DNA of 64,000 bases, taken from assembly GCA_026395685.1 (NCBI GenBank), contig JAPLYG010000005.1:4126-68125 (forward strand). Reading direction: 5' to 3'. This DNA comes from Candidatus Parcubacteria bacterium. Its GTDB lineage: Bacteria > Patescibacteriota > Patescibacteriia > CAIXNZ01. A program made the translations under genes and the position numbers. The notes beneath the pieces were generated by a model. It was not told the DNA's origin. It made no database searches and saw only the letters and a program-made list of their open reading frames with translations. Each line of letters begins with the position of its first letter. The first letter of the stretch is position 1. Shown here one piece after another: positions 28,832 through 38,419 of the stretch.

Positions 28832-29920
28832 CTATTTCTTATTTTTGTATAAATATTTAATAAAAATTTTTTCAAATTGTTCTTGAATAACCCGAGCCAC
28901 TGTTTCTGGCGGAACATTTTGATCATAAAAAATATTATGATAGTTTTCAGGCAAAATGTCCAGGGTTCTTAATATTTCCCACACTTTATCCTGTTGTTCC
29001 TTAAATTCATTTGGCAAAACAACGAGATGAGTAATCTCTCTGTTTTGTTTATCTAAATATGAAGAAGCGTCTAATGCCTCGCAAAGCCAGCGGCCATTGG
29101 CAGTACATAACTGTATTTCTCTATAAGCGGGATTTTCTGCTTCGGGATTAACAAAATAAACAGCTCTGCCTTTTCTCAATATTTTTCCTTTTTTCTCTAA
29201 CTCACCTACTAAAGATTCTTCTGCCGCTTTAACCTTAGAACTTTCTGATACAAATAGATAATCCTTACCTTCTTTGTCATCTTTTCTGATTGCGCCGCCG
29301 CTTCTTAATAGACTTTTTAAACTTTTTTTAAAATTATATTTTACTTTATCAGAAAAAGTTAATTGAGGCGCATCTTTTTTCTGCCCTTCAATTATTGTCT
29401 CTCTTGTGGGAGCGCCAAGCAAATGCGCGGAATCAGGCATACTGCTGTTATACTCATCATAAAGAGAAATTAATCTGGCTCGGGGAAATAATTTTCTCAG
29501 GGTTTTAGAAACTAACAAGCCGATTTTATCTGATTTGATTAATTTATCAGACCAGATTTCTCCGGTAGCCATATTATAATCACATAAATATGGACTTAAA
29601 GCTTCAAATTCCACGAGCTTACCGCCGAGATAAGCTTCAACGATTTTTTCAATCTGACATTTGGAGAAATTGACTCCTTCTATGGTTGCCATTCTTTCTA
29701 TTGCCGATAGTTCATCTGTCATTTTACTTATAAGCTCTTCCTGAGTTTTTCCTGAACCTTCTGAGATGCTTCGTCTGAAAGTATCACGAATCTTTCCCAG
29801 CCAATTCATTATTTTATTAGGTTCATTAGGGCTTGGACTTTCTGCTGAAATAAAAGAAGTAGGTTTACCTTTATGTAATTCCTTATATTCCCCCTGATTT
29901 TCTTGCGGTATTTCTCTCAT
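28832..29920 (-). CDS. Hypothetical protein
   Basis: Long ORF; start taken at MREIPQ. Confidence 0.7.
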   Translation of the reverse strand: MREIPQENQGEYKELHKGKPTSFISAESPSPNEPNKIMNWLGKIRDTFRRSISEGSGKTQEELISKMTDELSAIERMATIEGVNFSKCQIEKIVEAYLGGKLVEFEALSPYLCDYNMATGEIWSDKLIKSDKIGLLVSKTLRKLFPRARLISLYDEYNSSMPDSAHLLGAPTRETIIEGQKKDAPQLTFSDKVKYNFKKSLKSLLRSGGAIRKDDKEGKDYLFVSESSKVKAAEESLVGELEKKGKILRKGRAVYFVNPEAENPAYREIQLCTANGRWLCEALDASSYLDKQNREITHLVVLPNEFKEQQDKVWEILRTLDILPENYHNIFYDQNVPPETVARVIQEQFEKIFIKYLYKNKK

Positions 29921-30228
29921 ATTATTTAATAAATAATAATTTGTCTTTATTATAGCAAATTTGCTGAATTTTACAATAAAAGACAAGACACATACGTTGC
30001 CATTCCTGCCTCCTTTGTTTGTTTAGTAATTTGGGAAATTAAGGAGAATCATCAGCCTGCATTCTTACACAAAATTAATTTAATATATTGCATCAATAAT
30101 ATCAAGACCAGATAAAAAATTGAAAGACAATTACTTTAATTCGCGCTAGCTTGACATTTAAACTTATACCTGTTAATTTAAATTATCAGTAAAGCTAAAG
30201 TCAAAAAAATAAGCAAGGAGGAGCAGAA

Positions 30229-30858
30229 ATGGGCACGCAAGGGCTGGTTACTGTCAAAGATGGCAGAAAGGTAGTGATGAAATTAGTATGCGGCCATGAC
30301 GGTATGACTGCACCACAGTTGGCCAAAGCCATTAAAGAAAAATGGCCGCTAACAGCCTTACAAGCCTATGAACTGGCAATCGAATGCGGTTTTGGCTGTA
30401 GAGATTGCCTGACTGTCATTACTGAAACCATAATTTGTTATGAAAGCGATGATGTAATAAGTGAACAGTATCGTAAGACTTTTAAAAAGCCGAGATTCAA
30501 TCCTCGCTGTAAATCAGGCATTATTGACCAGTATGTTAGCGTAAACATTGCCAGGAAGAAAAACATTCTCAGGAAAAAATGCCTAATAAATGGCGTGGTA
30601 CATAAAATTTTTTTTGAAGGCGGTGTGCAATCCCTTTCCTTTGACGACAATGTCGGCAATAAATCAATTGGCGTTGTTCAGCCCGGTACCTGGGATTTTG
30701 GTACACTTGATGCCCCTGAAACAATAGTAGTTTTGACTAACACAATAAATATTAATGGGGTTGACTACCCAACTCCGGGAAATTGTCCTCTAAAAGCCGG
30801 GGATAAAATCATATTCAAGGCGACTCAGGTCGCCAGCTATCTGTGTATCAAAGGTTAA
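30229..30858 (+). CDS. Two-domain protein: unknown N-terminus plus PpnP/YaiE-like cupin (nucleoside phosphorylase-like)
   Basis: C-terminal FFEGGVQSLSF...SIGVVQPGTWDFGT..PETIVV...ASYLC resembles DUF1255; own promoter, SD and terminator. Confidence 0.65.
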   Translation: MGTQGLVTVKDGRKVVMKLVCGHDGMTAPQLAKAIKEKWPLTALQAYELAIECGFGCRDCLTVITETIICYESDDVISEQYRKTFKKPRFNPRCKSGIIDQYVSVNIARKKNILRKKCLINGVVHKIFFEGGVQSLSFDDNVGNKSIGVVQPGTWDFGTLDAPETIVVLTNTININGVDYPTPGNCPLKAGDKIIFKATQVASYLCIKG

Positions 30859-30975
30859 AGTTTGTGCCCTCTGCCAGTCAGAGGGCATTTTTTAATCTTG
30901 ACAAAATATGTACAAACTGTTAAATCTAAATTGTTGCAGGCGAGCTTGCAACTATTTCTTCAGGAGGTGAAATGC

Positions 30976-31575
30976 ATGCATTTCCCAAAGGAACTCTTGG
31001 CGTCGGCTCTGGAGGTTATCAAAAAAGGCGGAGAAATTTCTGAAAATGACTGGGGAGGAATTCTCAGCAATTTGAAGAAAGCCCTCCACCCCTATCTCTC
31101 CCAAATAGCCAATAAGCCTTTGGGGGACATCAACATCCTGGAATGTTCAGCGGGCAATAGCATAAAAGATAAGATCAAGCCCGATGACATCTGTTGCGGT
31201 TCTATCATGAATCCATTAAAAATTCCAGGGTTGTGGCTTCCAGCCATCCTTATGCCAAGAAAGGAAAAAAATGATACGGATTGCGTCTTTGTTTGGGGCA
31301 TTACCCGCAATGACGATTGGGCCCAAGTTAAAATTATTTGCGATCTGAGGTACGAGACCCCACCGACCATCTACGATTTTGACATAGAATCAATGAAGAT
31401 TGCCTTTTCATGGCCCCTTGAAATCTCTGAAAATTGCGGCCTTACACTGGAACAAATGTTTGAGCAAATTCTCAAAGCAGTGGCTGACTGGGCAGAAAGA
31501 CGCCGGAAACTCGCGTATGAAGCGGAAATTTTCAACCTCAGTCTCCAGGGAGTCAAGAACATTCTTTTCGACTAA
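30976..31575 (+). CDS. Hypothetical protein in an SD-led unit
   Basis: TTGACA at 30898 and AGGAGGT before ATG 30976. Confidence 0.65.
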   Translation: MHFPKELLASALEVIKKGGEISENDWGGILSNLKKALHPYLSQIANKPLGDINILECSAGNSIKDKIKPDDICCGSIMNPLKIPGLWLPAILMPRKEKNDTDCVFVWGITRNDDWAQVKIICDLRYETPPTIYDFDIESMKIAFSWPLEISENCGLTLEQMFEQILKAVADWAERRRKLAYEAEIFNLSLQGVKNILFD

Positions 31576-31707
31576 GGAATCCAAGGGCTCAAACGAGTTT
31601 ACCATACCGCCAATATACTTACAAAAGTTGAGGCGGTTTTTTTTATTCTCATTATTGACAACTTTATACAATCATGCTAAAGTTACAAGTCAAGAAAAAT
31701 GGAGGTA

Positions 31708-32109
31708 ATGATGAAAACGCAAAGACAAATGGCAAAGGAAATTGCGGCAGCTCTTGGCAAAAAAGAGTCTAACGCTGTTGTTTTTTTAAACCAAATCATC
31801 AAAGGCAAAAAGAAAATACCCAATGAGTGGGTACCGGAAATGCTAAAGGCAACCGGATGTAATACTCGCGAAGAATTGCTACAAATGTATCCTCGTATAA
31901 CATTCAATAGGGATTTGCATTTGGGAGATGATTCCTTAATTACTGTTAAACTGACGGTTCATAATGCTGTTGCTGATATGTATTTTGAGCAACTGCCTAA
32001 TGTGATTAAAGCTTTTGATTCATTGCGGCTTTTGGGTATCGATGTTGAAGTATCCATGCGTTCAAAAACAGCTGCAGATTCGGCTGATACGCCCGAAACA
32101 GTGAAATAG
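31708..32109 (+). CDS. Putative XRE-like HTH protein
   Basis: TQRQMAKEIA...FLNQIIKGKKKIP; TTGACA-17-TAAAGT promoter, GGAGG SD, downstream hairpin. Confidence 0.6.
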   Translation: MMKTQRQMAKEIAAALGKKESNAVVFLNQIIKGKKKIPNEWVPEMLKATGCNTREELLQMYPRITFNRDLHLGDDSLITVKLTVHNAVADMYFEQLPNVIKAFDSLRLLGIDVEVSMRSKTAADSADTPETVK

Positions 32110-32283
32110 CCTATTTTCTAACCTCGGTTGCGCAAAGCGACTCGAGGTTTTTTATTTAATAAAAAAGAGCCATTGATAGCTCATTTTGCTGTGACAACTG
32201 ATGTAACTGCGGTGGGCGGAGGCGAGAGGATTTGTTCCGTGAAGCAAAATCCCGCTGCGCGGGAAACCCTATAGATATTTGTA

Positions 32284-32369
32284 CGGAGAGGGAGAGATTC
32301 GAACTCTCGATTCCTTTTGGGAATAACGGTGTTCGAGACCGTCCCATTCAACCGCTCTGGCACCTCTCC
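32284..32369 (-). tRNA. tRNA-Ser(CGA)
   Basis: GGAGAGG acceptor stem, anticodon arm acggt-ctCGAac-accgt, long variable arm, GTTCGAATC; CCA not encoded. Confidence 0.95.
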
Positions 32370-32380
32370 AAAAAAATAGA

Positions 32381-33406
32381 TTATGTAATTATACCCTTAA
32401 AATTTTCCATAACAAACGGATTTAATTCAGTAATATCGTGATAATAAACTTCAGCTGAGGCTTTACAACCTCCCTTACATTCACTGATTAATTTGCAGCC
32501 ACTGCAGACCTTGGGAAAAGTATTGATATAATTCTTGGCAGTTTCTGAATTTAATATATCATTTACTTTTTTTTCTAAAACATTACCTAAAATCAAGGCG
32601 CTATGATTGCATAATCTCAAATTCCCTGCCGGGTCAATTGCATAGTAAGGATTTTTTCCGCCGATCTGGCATTCGCCAAACTTTAAATTTTTAAATATTT
32701 TTTTATCTATCACGCATTCTGGTAATGGGATGCCGCAACCAGAAGACAGATCATAATCAACACAAAGCTGATCAATAACCAGCAGTGCATCCTTCAATTC
32801 CTGAGCTGAAAGCATTAGTTCATTTTTATACTCTATGCCCCTGCCTCCGACATTAAAAAAATTGACCAAAAGTCCGTCTGCCAGGGCAATAGCAATTTCC
32901 GTCATTTCCTTGACTTCGCTGACATTTTTTTTATTTAAAACAAATACAGCGGTCACTCGACCGCCTTGTTTTTTTATTTCCTGAATTGTTTCAATTACCC
33001 TCTGCCAACTGCCTGCATTCTTTGTCAACGCGTCATGTGTTTCAGGCTTGGCTCCAAGTATGGGCAATTCAAAATTTACCACCCCATATTTTATATATCT
33101 TTTGATCAAATCCTTATTCCAAAGAGTGCCGTTGGTTATCAATGTGACTGGGATATAATATTTGGCAATATGTTGAATTATTGTTTCAATGCCAATTTTT
33201 AGGAGCGGTTCGCCACCGGAAATAGCAAATCCTCTTGGATTTGTTTCAATAACAAGATTATCTATCAATTTTTTCCAGTCTTCAATTTCTAATTCCTGTT
33301 TAGGGTAATTTAGATTTGCTTTCCAGGCATTATAACAATATAAACAATTATTATTGCAGGCTTTAGTGACTTCCAGAATGTAAGAAATTTTTGATTTATT
33401 TAGCAT
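32381..33406 (-). CDS. Radical SAM/SPASM domain protein
   Basis: CNNNCLYC, SGGEPLL, ITNG; SPASM C..G...IDPAGNLRLC...CSGCKLISECKGGC. Confidence 0.92.
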   Translation of the reverse strand: MLNKSKISYILEVTKACNNNCLYCYNAWKANLNYPKQELEIEDWKKLIDNLVIETNPRGFAISGGEPLLKIGIETIIQHIAKYYIPVTLITNGTLWNKDLIKRYIKYGVVNFELPILGAKPETHDALTKNAGSWQRVIETIQEIKKQGGRVTAVFVLNKKNVSEVKEMTEIAIALADGLLVNFFNVGGRGIEYKNELMLSAQELKDALLVIDQLCVDYDLSSGCGIPLPECVIDKKIFKNLKFGECQIGGKNPYYAIDPAGNLRLCNHSALILGNVLEKKVNDILNSETAKNYINTFPKVCSGCKLISECKGGCKASAEVYYHDITELNPFVMENFKGIIT

Positions 33407-34013
33407 CTTTCTTGGGCTTAATAGTCCCCTGTTTCGCAAGTTTTTTAACTAGTTTATCCTTTTTTGTTTCAAACAGATCCGTAAAGGCATATTTTTTCAA
33501 AGACGGAAACACTTTCAAGATAATGTAAAGTAAAAAAACAATCAACGCCGGGAGCACGAAAATTAAATATAATGCCATTTTGAAAATTTTGATATTTTTA
33601 ATTGAGATTATCAGATATCCTAGACCGGCCGCGATAGTAGTAGAAACCATTATAGTTACAAATCTCTCAAATAACGAGCCTTCGAGACCATATAAAAAAT
33701 AAAATGAATTTATTATCGAAGTTATAGCCCAAAAAAAGATAGCCAAAATCAGTGTTCTTAAAAATCCCTTATAAATTTCATTGTATAAATTAAAGTTTGG
33801 CCTTTTAAGCAATTTTACTGCATGAAAGATTGCTAAGACAAATGCGCCGATTGGGGCAAGGACGTTATATAAAATAACTGAGGCTGTTCTAGTAGTTTGC
33901 TCGACCGGGTCAATCGGGCCGGTGAGATAACACGTTATTTCCGTATCATCAAAAGTCAGCTGAGCATATGCAGGCTTAATTAGTTTTTCCGCAAGGAAAT
34001 TTAAAATTTTCAT
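33396..34013 (-). CDS. Membrane protein (about 4 TM) with an N-terminal AYA-Q and TCY motif
   Basis: Hydrophobic helices; stop overlaps the rSAM start region by 11 nt. Confidence 0.75.
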   Translation of the reverse strand: MKILNFLAEKLIKPAYAQLTFDDTEITCYLTGPIDPVEQTTRTASVILYNVLAPIGAFVLAIFHAVKLLKRPNFNLYNEIYKGFLRTLILAIFFWAITSIINSFYFLYGLEGSLFERFVTIMVSTTIAAGLGYLIISIKNIKIFKMALYLIFVLPALIVFLLYIILKVFPSLKKYAFTDLFETKKDKLVKKLAKQGTIKPKKDAK

Positions 34014-34099
34014 AGTATTAATGTTAAATTGTTATCTAATCTAAGTATAACAAATTTTGACTGATAATAAAATAAAACAAGCCTGTTTAGGGCTTGCTT

Positions 34100-35905
34100 T
34101 TATTCCTGTCTGGACATTCTTTTATTTTGAAGCGCGCTTAAATAGATTTTGCGGATGCGGACATGAAGAGGAGTAATTTCAACCAATTCATCGTCACCGA
34201 TATATTCCAGGGCGTCTTCCAAATCCATTGTTTTGGGAGTATTAAAATGTTCCACCCCCCCGTCGCCTTTGGAGCGCATATTTGAGAGTTTTTTAGTTTT
34301 ACAAACATTAACCCAGATATCACCGGAACGAGAATTTTGGCCCACCACTTCCCCTTCATAAACCTGCACTGCCGGACCATAAAATAAAATACCGCGATCC
34401 TGGATATTAACCATGCCGTATAAATTGGTGATGCCTGTTTCATGAGCAACAAGAGAACCCTGATCTTTTTCTTTCCAATTGCCCGGATCCGGTAAATAAT
34501 CATGAAAAATTGTATTAATAATGCCCAAGCCTCTGGTATCAGTTAAAAATTCCGCGCGATAGCCAAAGAGTCCGCGAGTCGGAATAATATATTCCATAAA
34601 TACTGTATTATCAACCGTATTCATTTCTTTAAGTTCGCCCTTGCGTCCACCCAATTTCTGAATGATTATACCTTGGCTAAAATCAGGCGCTTCAATATAT
34701 AAACGTTCATAAGGTGTCATTTTCTTGCCATTGATTTCCTTATTGATAACCTGGGGACGAGAGACTTGCATTTCATAACCTTCGCGTCTTAAGCGTTCAA
34801 TTAGAATCGCCAAGTGTAATTCACCGCGACCCGAAACAATCCATTTGCCGTCAGCAGTGTCTTCCACGCGTAAAGCCATATCAGTTTCCAATTCTTTGAA
34901 TAAACGCGCCCTTATCTGACGCGAAGTTGAAAATTTGCCTTCTTTACCGGCAAAAGGAGAATCATTGACCATAAAAGTCATTTTTACAGTCGGCTCGTCA
35001 ATTTTAAGTAAAGGCAAAGCCTCAGGATTCACAGAATCAGCAATTGTTTCACCGATAGTAATATCGGGAATGCCGGCTAAAGCCACGATATCACCGGCTG
35101 AAGCTTCTTGAATATCTACCCGTCCTAAACCCACAAATGACATTAAAGACATTAAACGGTATTTTTTTTGCACACCTTCACGGTTAATATGTACGACATC
35201 CTGTCCTGCTTTTATTTTTCCGTTATGAATACTGCCAATGGCAATTCTGCCCTTAAAGTCATCGCCAATAATATTTGAAACTAACAGTTGTAATGGTTTT
35301 TCAGGATCAGCTACAGGTGCGGGAATATGTTTTACAATCGCTTCAAAGACTGGTTCAATATCTTTCATTGCTTTCAAATTTGCGTCAGTACCGGCTAAAC
35401 CCTGCTTGGCAACCGCATAAATAACAGGAAAATTTAAAGCCTGATCATCGGCGCCCAATTCAATAAATAATTCAAAAGTTTTATTCAAAACATAATCAGG
35501 ACGGGCATCAGGCTTATCAATCTTATTTATTACCACAATAATCTTATGACCCATGGCCAGAGCTTTTTTCAATACAAAACGGGTCTGAGGCATAGGGCCT
35601 TCTTTGGCATCAACCAAAAGCAAACAACCGTCAGCCATATTCAAGACACGTTCCACTTCCCCGCCAAAGTCAGCATGACCAGGAGTATCTATAATATTGA
35701 TTTTTGTGCCATTCCAGACAACAGAAGCATTTTTGGAAAAAATAGTGATACCGCGTTCTTTTTCCAGTTCATTGCTGTCCATAATCAAATCTGAGCCGGA
35801 AACATCCTTATTTAATTGGGTTTTTGACTGGCGCAACAAAGCATCCACCAGCGTAGTTTTGCCGTGGTCAACGTGAGCGATTATAGCGATATTGCGTATA
35901 TTCAT
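34100..35905 (-). CDS. typA: Translational GTPase TypA/BipA
   Basis: RNIAIIAHVDHGKTT, DTPGHADFGGEVER, GRGELHL. Confidence 0.97.
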   Translation of the reverse strand: MNIRNIAIIAHVDHGKTTLVDALLRQSKTQLNKDVSGSDLIMDSNELEKERGITIFSKNASVVWNGTKINIIDTPGHADFGGEVERVLNMADGCLLLVDAKEGPMPQTRFVLKKALAMGHKIIVVINKIDKPDARPDYVLNKTFELFIELGADDQALNFPVIYAVAKQGLAGTDANLKAMKDIEPVFEAIVKHIPAPVADPEKPLQLLVSNIIGDDFKGRIAIGSIHNGKIKAGQDVVHINREGVQKKYRLMSLMSFVGLGRVDIQEASAGDIVALAGIPDITIGETIADSVNPEALPLLKIDEPTVKMTFMVNDSPFAGKEGKFSTSRQIRARLFKELETDMALRVEDTADGKWIVSGRGELHLAILIERLRREGYEMQVSRPQVINKEINGKKMTPYERLYIEAPDFSQGIIIQKLGGRKGELKEMNTVDNTVFMEYIIPTRGLFGYRAEFLTDTRGLGIINTIFHDYLPDPGNWKEKDQGSLVAHETGITNLYGMVNIQDRGILFYGPAVQVYEGEVVGQNSRSGDIWVNVCKTKKLSNMRSKGDGGVEHFNTPKTMDLEDALEYIGDDELVEITPLHVRIRKIYLSALQNKRMSRQE

Positions 35906-36037
35906 ATAATTATTGTAAGTTATTAAGCCAAAAAATAAAAAATCCGCTGTTAGCGGCAGAAATCATTACCTACTTTAATATACTCCAAACCAGTCTTTTT
36001 GTCAATATTTCTAGGCTAATACACCATAAATTTGAAT

Positions 36038-36406
36038 TTATTGCTTGTCATCATTATTTTTTCCTTTGAAAAAATTACCTATATCGATATCGGTCTGATC
36101 TCCGTCTTTGATATTGTACTTTTTCTTTAAGGCCTCTTTTTTATTTAGAAGATACAAAATAAATGCAAAACCCCCTATAGTAACTGCTTGTAAAATACCG
36201 CTAAAATATTCAAGGAAAGATTGTTTGGCACCTTGATCTTTAATAAAAAATAATAAAAAAGTATCGCCTATTAAAGACGAATTTTCATCGCCTAAAGAAA
36301 ATAAAGCAAATAATCCGAAAGCTGCAATAGCAATGGTTATGGCGCCTATTAAAATTTTATTCAATCTTTGAACTTCAGGTGGTAAGTTTGCATTATCTTG
36401 GTTCAT
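36038..36406 (-). CDS. Hypothetical membrane protein
   Basis: Two hydrophobic segments. Confidence 0.65.
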   Translation of the reverse strand: MNQDNANLPPEVQRLNKILIGAITIAIAAFGLFALFSLGDENSSLIGDTFLLFFIKDQGAKQSFLEYFSGILQAVTIGGFAFILYLLNKKEALKKKYNIKDGDQTDIDIGNFFKGKNNDDKQ

Positions 36407-36411
36407 ATTTT

Positions 36412-37143
36412 TTATAATTTAATAATTAAGCACTGGCTGCCTGACAATTCCAGCACGATTTCCGGTTTATCCTTGAAAAACTCGTCAACTGCCTGTTTAA
36501 CACCAGCAGCGTCAATATAATCATGAGAAATAATAATTCCGCCTTTAGTCATGCGGGGATAAAAAAATTCCAGGCAATTTTTGGTTGATTCGTAAAGATC
36601 AACATCCAGATTAACAAAAGAAAATGTTTTATTTTTTACAGGACCGGCTGTCTGGGGAAATAACCCCTTGTGAAAGAATACATTAGGGTATTTTTTTAAA
36701 TATTTTTTCACATCTTCAAAAGTAACTACAAATTTACCCTCATAAAATTGTTCGGGATTATCAATTTTTGATATTTCCGGCAAGCCTTCAAACGTATCAA
36801 ATAAATGTAAAGATCTTTTACCCTTAACTTGCGCAATAATTTTGGCTGAAGCGCCTTTGTAAACGCCGACTTCGGCAATATCTCCGGAAATTTTCGCGCT
36901 TGCTTTGGCAGCCATATAAATCTGATAGGCTTCATTATCAAAAAGCAGCATATCATTTTCTTTCTTGATCTGATGAATCAAATCCATGGCCTTGGCCCGT
37001 TCAGGCGTATTATAATAAACAATGACGCCATTTTTTGTTGCCAAGGCATAATTAACAGATTGTCTTAAGACTTTTCTGGGCCAGGATAAAATACTGGCAT
37101 GAGTCAAGACGGAAATAATTTGTTTGAAGATATGTTTAATCAT
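36412..37143 (-). CDS. TylF/MycF family O-methyltransferase
   Basis: GDIAEVGVYKG, LFDTFEGLP, KGLF, LDVDLYEST, HDY. Confidence 0.9.
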   Translation of the reverse strand: MIKHIFKQIISVLTHASILSWPRKVLRQSVNYALATKNGVIVYYNTPERAKAMDLIHQIKKENDMLLFDNEAYQIYMAAKASAKISGDIAEVGVYKGASAKIIAQVKGKRSLHLFDTFEGLPEISKIDNPEQFYEGKFVVTFEDVKKYLKKYPNVFFHKGLFPQTAGPVKNKTFSFVNLDVDLYESTKNCLEFFYPRMTKGGIIISHDYIDAAGVKQAVDEFFKDKPEIVLELSGSQCLIIKL

Positions 37144-37242
37144 GTATATATTTTATCATATTATCCGCATTTGACAAAGTTCCTTAAATAATATAAAACA
37201 CTAGTAATTTCATAGAAGTACTTTACAGGGAGGAAACGATTT

Positions 37243-37698
37243 ATGAATCACAAGGAGTTGATGGGACGGGATTTAAGCGGCTGGAAATTAAAAACAGCTT
37301 ATCATTTGGAACTTCACCACAACTTATGGGGATTTTTCCCGGCTATTATTACCGACAAAGTCGAACAAATGTTCATTTGTCTGGATAAGAAACTTTTGCT
37401 TGAAGTCGCTAAATTTTTGCCTCCCCGGCGTTTTCGCTGCTGTGCCTTCAAAGTTTTGGCCAATGAAAAACTGGGCATTGCCTTTGATCTGCGGCTAATT
37501 TGTGAACATAATTTACCGGAAGATCTACTTGAAGACACCAGCTTATTTATTCTTAACGAAAATAACTTCCAAGAGCTGCTAGCTAATTCCCCGGACAATA
37601 TAAGTCCTTTTCAATGGGCTCCAGGATTGATCGGCGATGAAATGAACGCAGATGAATTCAGGCAAAGCCTGATTCTAAGCCTGAAACATAAAGCCTAA
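37243..37698 (+). CDS. Hypothetical protein in an SD-led unit
   Basis: TTGACA at 37171, GGGAGG SD, terminator aagcctg..caggctttt. Confidence 0.6.
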   Translation: MNHKELMGRDLSGWKLKTAYHLELHHNLWGFFPAIITDKVEQMFICLDKKLLLEVAKFLPPRRFRCCAFKVLANEKLGIAFDLRLICEHNLPEDLLEDTSLFILNENNFQELLANSPDNISPFQWAPGLIGDEMNADEFRQSLILSLKHKA

Positions 37699-37761
37699 AA
37701 ACACACAAGCCTGGCGTATATTGCGTCAGGCTTTTTCTGTTGATTGGAAATAATAACGATT

Positions 37762-38397
37762 TTAATACATTATAATATCAAGATTATTACAAGAATCTGA
37801 CTTTTGGACAGTAAACTTTTCTATATTTTGTGTGTTGCTAAAATAATATAAAGATGATTCTGACCCAGGATAATAATAGCAGCCGAGAGAAATAAACTTT
37901 TCACCTTTAAGTTTAAATACTTTCATAACCCCTTCACCGCTACCTGCTCCATTTTGATCAACGATGCTTAAATATAATTGTCCGTCATCTAACCAGAGAT
38001 GATAGGGATTATTTTTTGCACTGGCAATTTTATCTACAATTTCTAAATATTTGCTCCAACTTGTATTACCCGCTTCAACCTTTAAAAGGCCGACAAACTG
38101 GGGTTTAAAATCTGCTGGAACATTCAATAAAACATTCATTGAACTCCGCATTACAAGGGCATAATAATCTTCATTTAATCTGAAAAATTTTTGAATTTGA
38201 CCCGCGTTAATATCCTCAGGCAAAGTAAAATTTGGATTATCTATTTCACGAAGTACAGGTTCGACTGGCGCGGGAATTACATTAGCAACATTATCATTAG
38301 TATTAGGAGCTATTATTATGCGGTCATTAGGCTTCAAACCGCAGGCTGAAAGGAAAATTAAAGCAAGGAGTGAAAATAACACAAAATACCTGGACAT
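37762..38397 (-). CDS. Hypothetical lipoprotein
   Basis: Lipobox LSAC. Confidence 0.7.
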   Translation of the reverse strand: MSRYFVLFSLLALIFLSACGLKPNDRIIIAPNTNDNVANVIPAPVEPVLREIDNPNFTLPEDINAGQIQKFFRLNEDYYALVMRSSMNVLLNVPADFKPQFVGLLKVEAGNTSWSKYLEIVDKIASAKNNPYHLWLDDGQLYLSIVDQNGAGSGEGVMKVFKLKGEKFISLGCYYYPGSESSLYYFSNTQNIEKFTVQKSDSCNNLDIIMY

Positions 38398-38419
38398 AAA
38401 ATTTAATTAATTTTTAAAT

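Noticed and set aside
27100-32150. Orphan cluster next to a tRNA as a prophage
   Set aside because: No integrase, terminase or structural genes; the genes appear individually transcribed in mixed orientation
32156-32441. Short ORFs across tRNA-Ser(CGA)
   Set aside because: They are translations of the tRNA and its flank
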